Below, piece by piece: positions 59,720 to 64,000 of a DNA stretch of 64,000 bases. The position numbers were made by a program, and so were the translations under genes. Each line of letters opens with the position of its first letter. Position 1 is the stretch's first letter. The notes beneath the pieces are model-generated. The model saw only the letters and a program-made list of their open reading frames with translations. It was not told the DNA's origin and searched no databases. The stretch lies in contig OZ271918.1 in the NCBI GenBank assembly GCA_965602015.1, forward strand, positions 1,408,001 through 1,472,000, given 5' to 3'. The DNA is from Salinispira sp. Lineage in GTDB: Bacteria > Spirochaetota > Spirochaetia > DSM-27196 > Salinispiraceae.

Positions 59720-62329
59720 TTACAAGCTGATTGAAAATATCAAATTGAGTCCCGAACCGGGCTGGTCAGGATTATTAAACAGGTTACCATCCTGCCATTC
59801 GATGTTACCCGCCTGATCGAAATTAAAGAGTTTGGCGAGATATATCCGAAACGGAAACTGGGGAATGCTGAAGCGCAGTCCGCCGCCGAAACCGAACAAC
59901 CAGTTCTCTGTTCCCCGGTCGAATATTTGGTCCCGCTCCTCGACTATTCTTACCGCCTCTGCATATAAATCGAACCACAGAAGCTGCTCGGAAATCGGAA
60001 GACGGAGTTCAAGCCAGTTGTTGAAGAGGGCCTCACCACCGGACTGGGTAGGCCAGCCTCGGGCAATGGTCATGCTGTTCGTCGAAAGCTCACGGTCCTC
60101 AGCCAGATACGGATCGCTGCCATAGGTAAAAAACTGGGGCAGCATGAGCGACAGACTGCTGTTTGCCGCGAGGACGAGCTTCCAGCTGAACTCCGGCGTG
60201 ACTTCCCTGTCGAACAAGGTACGGTAATACTGGAGCGTGGTGTCCGAGCGTATGAAGTTCTTGGATCCGCCCAGAAGACCGCCGGTATAGTTGAAATTCT
60301 GTTCAACCAGGTATCCGTTTTGAGGATTAAAAAAGACATCCCGGTCGTCAAGGGACAGGCGGAGCGCCAGGCTATTCTCGAATTTGAACACTCCGAGGTT
60401 GTCCCTGACTTCATTGCTGAAGGGCCGATACAGGCTGTCGTCGTAGGTCACCAGCCGAAGCCCCGATGACAGGGTTCCGCCAACGTTTCCCCAGCCTATC
60501 GGCGTGCGCCTTCGCAGACCGGAACTCAGGCTGGCCCCGACGTACCAGTTGGTGTACTGCATCCGGTAGGCGTCGTCCACTGCGCTGGAACCGCCGGCAA
60601 AGGCGTAGTCGGTTATTAGCGAATTTTCTATTATTTCGAGCGCGGTCGGAACTCCCGGAAAAGGTTCTCCGGCGGAATAGGTCGTACCCTCGTATTCCGT
60701 ATTGTCCTGGGAAAAAACATAATACCCCACAAAGGGATCGGGAACCGCATTGAGATCATTTTCATCGAATATGGGGTACAGGATGTCCTGAAGCTGGTCG
60801 CTCCTCACAGCCCGGTCGACCGTGAGGCTTGCTCCCCCGGACCACCGGTCGCCGAAAAGCCACCCGTCCTGGAAATTCAGGGACAGGGTCTGCTGCTGAG
60901 GACTCAAATTGAGGTCAGCGCCCAGGGTCTGGCCGTTACCCAAAAAGTTGTTGTCATACCACTTCACGATTCCCGACAGGGGAAAGCCGCCCCCGCCGCC
61001 CACGGAAAAACCGAGCCGGATGTCCGTCGTCTGGCCCTCTTCCAGGTTGATGATCAGATCCATGAGTCCGGGTACCGAACCTGACGGAGTTTCAACGGTG
61101 GGCACATCGGCAAAATACTGGGTGTTGTATAGGTTTCCGATGCCCTCCCGGATTTTCCCGGCGGAGAACACGTCGCCCTCTTCAAAGGGTAGCTCCCGGA
61201 GAATGACGTCGTCCCTGGTTTTGGTATTGCCCCGGATAACGATATTCTCGATATAGGCCCTGCCCTGTTCGACGATGGAAATTGTATAGAAAATCTGCTG
61301 AACGGCCTGATTTCGCTCTTCCTGAAGAGTGATCTGGTTAAAAATATACCCGCCCTGATAGTACTGATCGCCTACCGCCTGATAGCCCTGCTGGAAAAGA
61401 AGGGCATCGAGAACGTCGCCTTCCTCGAGTAAAATATTCGCAGCAAGCTCATCATCGGAGAAGAGGCTGTTTCCTTCGAAATCAACGCCTCCGAAAAACC
61501 AGGCTATTCCCTCATCGATGAAATATGTCAGCTCGAGAAATTGCCGGTTGCGCTCTTCGTCAATGACCAGCTCCTGCCGGATGTCTTCGACGACGGCGTC
61601 TATGTATCCGTTTTCCGCATAGAACTGAAGTATCGCCTGCCGGTCTAATTCGAGGTTTGATATCTCAAAGGTGCCGGCGTTAAACAGACCCTGTTCCTTG
61701 CTCTCTATGACCGCTCTGAGCCGGTTTTCCGTGGCGAAATCAATACCCACGAAGCTGATGGACTGGATGTTGGTCTGAAAGCCTTCGACGACGGTAAACA
61801 CCAGGTTCCGTCGGTTTCCGCCGGCATCGTCGAATGCAAACTCCACGCTAACGTCTGCAAAGCCCCTCTCGCGGTAGAGGGCGATTATGGCGTCCCGGTC
61901 GAGACGGGCCTGAGCCCGGGAAATAAAATCCCCGTTTTTGAGGACTACTTCATCAAGAATTGTTTCCCGGCGTATCCGTCTATTGCCGTTCAGCCGAATA
62001 TTCGCGATGACAGGGCGTTCCTCCACGGTAAACCTGATGATCAGGAGGCTTCGTTCCGCATTGCCGGGTATTGCCTCGGGAATGATCAGGTCAAAATACT
62101 CCAGGTTATACAGACGCCGTTGGAGATCAAGAAGGACGTCTTCGGTGAACGGTCTGCCGATAAACGGCTCGATGATGCCGGCAAGATCGTTTTCAGAGAC
62201 GTTTTCCAGTCCCTCGAACTGAATGTCGCTCAGCGGGACATTGAGATACCAGGTATCATCGGCCTGGGAAAAAATTGTCCCGGCGAGGCACAGCAATACT
62301 ATGAGCACGATGAGATGGTGTTTATGCAC
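59720..62329 (-). CDS. bamA: Outer membrane protein assembly factor BamA
   Basis: Signal peptide, five POTRA repeats (I.F.G, GN.KT.D.VI.RE), NFLGNGQ, beta-barrel with G.GLRF....FP.R. Confidence 0.95.
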   Translation of the reverse strand: MHKHHLIVLIVLLCLAGTIFSQADDTWYLNVPLSDIQFEGLENVSENDLAGIIEPFIGRPFTEDVLLDLQRRLYNLEYFDLIIPEAIPGNAERSLLIIRFTVEERPVIANIRLNGNRRIRRETILDEVVLKNGDFISRAQARLDRDAIIALYRERGFADVSVEFAFDDAGGNRRNLVFTVVEGFQTNIQSISFVGIDFATENRLRAVIESKEQGLFNAGTFEISNLELDRQAILQFYAENGYIDAVVEDIRQELVIDEERNRQFLELTYFIDEGIAWFFGGVDFEGNSLFSDDELAANILLEEGDVLDALLFQQGYQAVGDQYYQGGYIFNQITLQEERNQAVQQIFYTISIVEQGRAYIENIVIRGNTKTRDDVILRELPFEEGDVFSAGKIREGIGNLYNTQYFADVPTVETPSGSVPGLMDLIINLEEGQTTDIRLGFSVGGGGGFPLSGIVKWYDNNFLGNGQTLGADLNLSPQQQTLSLNFQDGWLFGDRWSGGASLTVDRAVRSDQLQDILYPIFDENDLNAVPDPFVGYYVFSQDNTEYEGTTYSAGEPFPGVPTALEIIENSLITDYAFAGGSSAVDDAYRMQYTNWYVGASLSSGLRRRTPIGWGNVGGTLSSGLRLVTYDDSLYRPFSNEVRDNLGVFKFENSLALRLSLDDRDVFFNPQNGYLVEQNFNYTGGLLGGSKNFIRSDTTLQYYRTLFDREVTPEFSWKLVLAANSSLSLMLPQFFTYGSDPYLAEDRELSTNSMTIARGWPTQSGGEALFNNWLELRLPISEQLLWFDLYAEAVRIVEERDQIFDRGTENWLFGFGGGLRFSIPQFPFRIYLAKLFNFDQAGNIEWQDGNLFNNPDQPGSGLNLIFSISL

Positions 62330-62354
62330 ATTTCGCTCCTACGGCGTTGGAAAA

Positions 62355-64000
62355 TTACTGGCTACCCGGCGAAAAATCCCGGGTAAACGTCAGTGTATGA
62401 TCAGTGACAAACAGGGTCTCCGGATTCTCCGGAGCAAAACTCCATGTGAGATTAAAAAACGGCGTTACCCAATCTAGGCTCAGCTCCGCATCAATCTCTA
62501 TTCCGACGAAATCATCGGAGGCGCGATCCACAGGATTCTGCTCCTGCAATTGAACCATCAGCTCCATGAAAACTTCATCACCGATATACCTGCCCATCAA
62601 CAGGGTGGTATTCTGCAGATACCGACCCAGGGTTATCGGACTGTTGCTATTTAAAGGGAAATCAGGGTCGGGGGTTACAATAACATCTTGCAGAAAATTC
62701 TGGAAGAGCCCCGTCCGAATCGAAAACAAGTCCAGAGCAAGCCGTTCTTTTATTTCCGTCTGGATATCACGGAACAGCCCGATTTGACCGATTATTTCGC
62801 TGCCGGATATAACCGCATCCACGATTTCTATCTGGTCGCCGCCGCCTCCCCCGATTATCTGCCCGCCGAGAAGGGCAATAATTTCCGGTTCCTGTTTAGA
62901 CGGTACAGAGGTGAAACGCGGTTGCAGTTGGGATAGCCGGTCTTCTTCTATATCGAGATAAATCCTGACCGGACCGTTTTCATCGCTGCTCAAGACCTCG
63001 GCATTTATGCTGAGCTGGGGATCGAAACTCTCAAGGCTTTCATTAAAACGCATATTGCCGTTATTGATGTAAAAATTCTGTTCAAAGTAAAAAATCTCAC
63101 CGCCCCGTATGGCGATATTTCCCGTAAGCGCCAGGGACTCCGGCGAGGTGAGGTAACGGATGTTTATGCTGTCTCCGGGCAGCGCTGCAGTCCGCAGGAT
63201 CGGGAAATTCCGGGTTGGCCAGAAGAATTCGACCCCCCGCCCTGATACCACGTTGAGATCAACCAGGGTGTCGAATTCGTCTTCCGCTGCCCTTTCCTCG
63301 GCCAGAGAAGAACTCAGGGTAATGCCCGTTGCTGTAGCCTCCAGGTCGCCGGTGACCCACAGGGCGGACTGGGTAAAACCGACACCGATCTCCACATTAC
63401 CTCGGGCGAATCCGTCGACGACAACCGAGTCAAAATCCGACTCCACCGGTATTGCGGCATCCCCCGTTGAAACCTGTAGAACTAAGGTATCGGGCAACCA
63501 CCTGTCCATGGACAGTGATCCCGAGAGCCGGGCGCTCCCGTCGGGTCCGGCGGAGACCATGGTCTCGGGTATAAAGAATTCCTTTCCCTCCAAAATGACG
63601 AAGGCGGTTTGACTCTCAAGGATTTCGGGGATTATTTCGACATACACTTGCAAATCCCTCACCATGAGTGTTCCGTAAAAATCCGGATCCACAATGCTGC
63701 CGGTTACCCGCAGCCCCCCGCTCCCCTGTCCGCCCAGGAACGCCACGTATTCATCCTGGGAGCTCATCCCCGTCGAAGAAAAAAGACGATCGAGGTCCAT
63801 GCTTACGGCAGCCAGATTAAGATCGATATTCGCGCCCTCCAGAAAACCGTCAGCGGTAAACCGTACCGGCAGGGGCGCGAGAAAGCTGGAAGTAAAGCTG
63901 CCGTCGGCGAAGAGGGTGCCGCTTACCGACTCGGGTGCATAATTCGGGCCTCCGTTGATAACCAAATTTCCGTCCCGCTCGCTGAGAGCCAACTGCCAGC
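62355..64000 (-). CDS. tamB: TamB-like translocation/assembly module protein (C-terminal part; 5' end outside the window)
   Basis: Beta-rich AsmA/DUF490-like pattern (L.G.I.I.GG...YF...F.I..G...F, P.L...A, S.P.....EI..LL, G.Y). Directly upstream of bamA; frame open to the window edge. Confidence 0.8.
   Translation of the reverse strand, partial: WQLALSERDGNLVINGGPNYAPESVSGTLFADGSFTSSFLAPLPVRFTADGFLEGANIDLNLAAVSMDLDRLFSSTGMSSQDEYVAFLGGQGSGGLRVTGSIVDPDFYGTLMVRDLQVYVEIIPEILESQTAFVILEGKEFFIPETMVSAGPDGSARLSGSLSMDRWLPDTLVLQVSTGDAAIPVESDFDSVVVDGFARGNVEIGVGFTQSALWVTGDLEATATGITLSSSLAEERAAEDEFDTLVDLNVVSGRGVEFFWPTRNFPILRTAALPGDSINIRYLTSPESLALTGNIAIRGGEIFYFEQNFYINNGNMRFNESLESFDPQLSINAEVLSSDENGPVRIYLDIEEDRLSQLQPRFTSVPSKQEPEIIALLGGQIIGGGGGDQIEIVDAVISGSEIIGQIGLFRDIQTEIKERLALDLFSIRTGLFQNFLQDVIVTPDPDFPLNSNSPITLGRYLQNTTLLMGRYIGDEVFMELMVQLQEQNPVDRASDDFVGIEIDAELSLDWVTPFFNLTWSFAPENPETLFVTDHTLTFTRDFSPGSQ

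Noticed and set aside
1..64000. CRISPR arrays, tRNA/rRNA genes, transposases, integrases, prophage, reverse transcriptase or defence genes
   Set aside because: None recognisable. Nearly all sequence is accounted for by intact housekeeping genes with short spacers, so I cannot support a novel multi-gene mobile or defence system here.

Overview
Core housekeeping chromosomal window of a free-living spirochaete (phylum Spirochaetota, roughly 50% GC by eye, acidic proteome). The assignment rests on spirochaete-type synteny and protein architectures. Main blocks: ompA-like/mltG/dnaG/rpoD/CT398-like zinc ribbon/rnpB/TPR/mreBCD/mrdA/rodA; recA/folK/scpAB/rluB/cmk/rpsA/sigma54 activator; a 913-aa GreA; rimP/nusA/infB/rbfA/truB/rpsO/pnp/dut/lptFG/tgt/murJ/HEAT/typA; and tamB/bamA/skp/mutS/comF. 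I found no mobile element, CRISPR array, tRNA, rRNA or defence system. The most notable signals are subtle. (1) Zinc ligands are lost in DnaG and Tgt, and NusA appears to lack the zinc ribbon I recall in spirochaete orthologues. (2) The RNase P RNA is streamlined and atypical. (3) A class IIIb CHASE2 adenylate cyclase and a lipoprotein lie beside a GAF-sigma54 activator. (4) There are several candidate cis-regulatory elements: a rimP attenuator, an rpsO leader, pnp leader hairpins and a promoter inside dnaG. All family assignments come from motif recognition by eye, not database searches.
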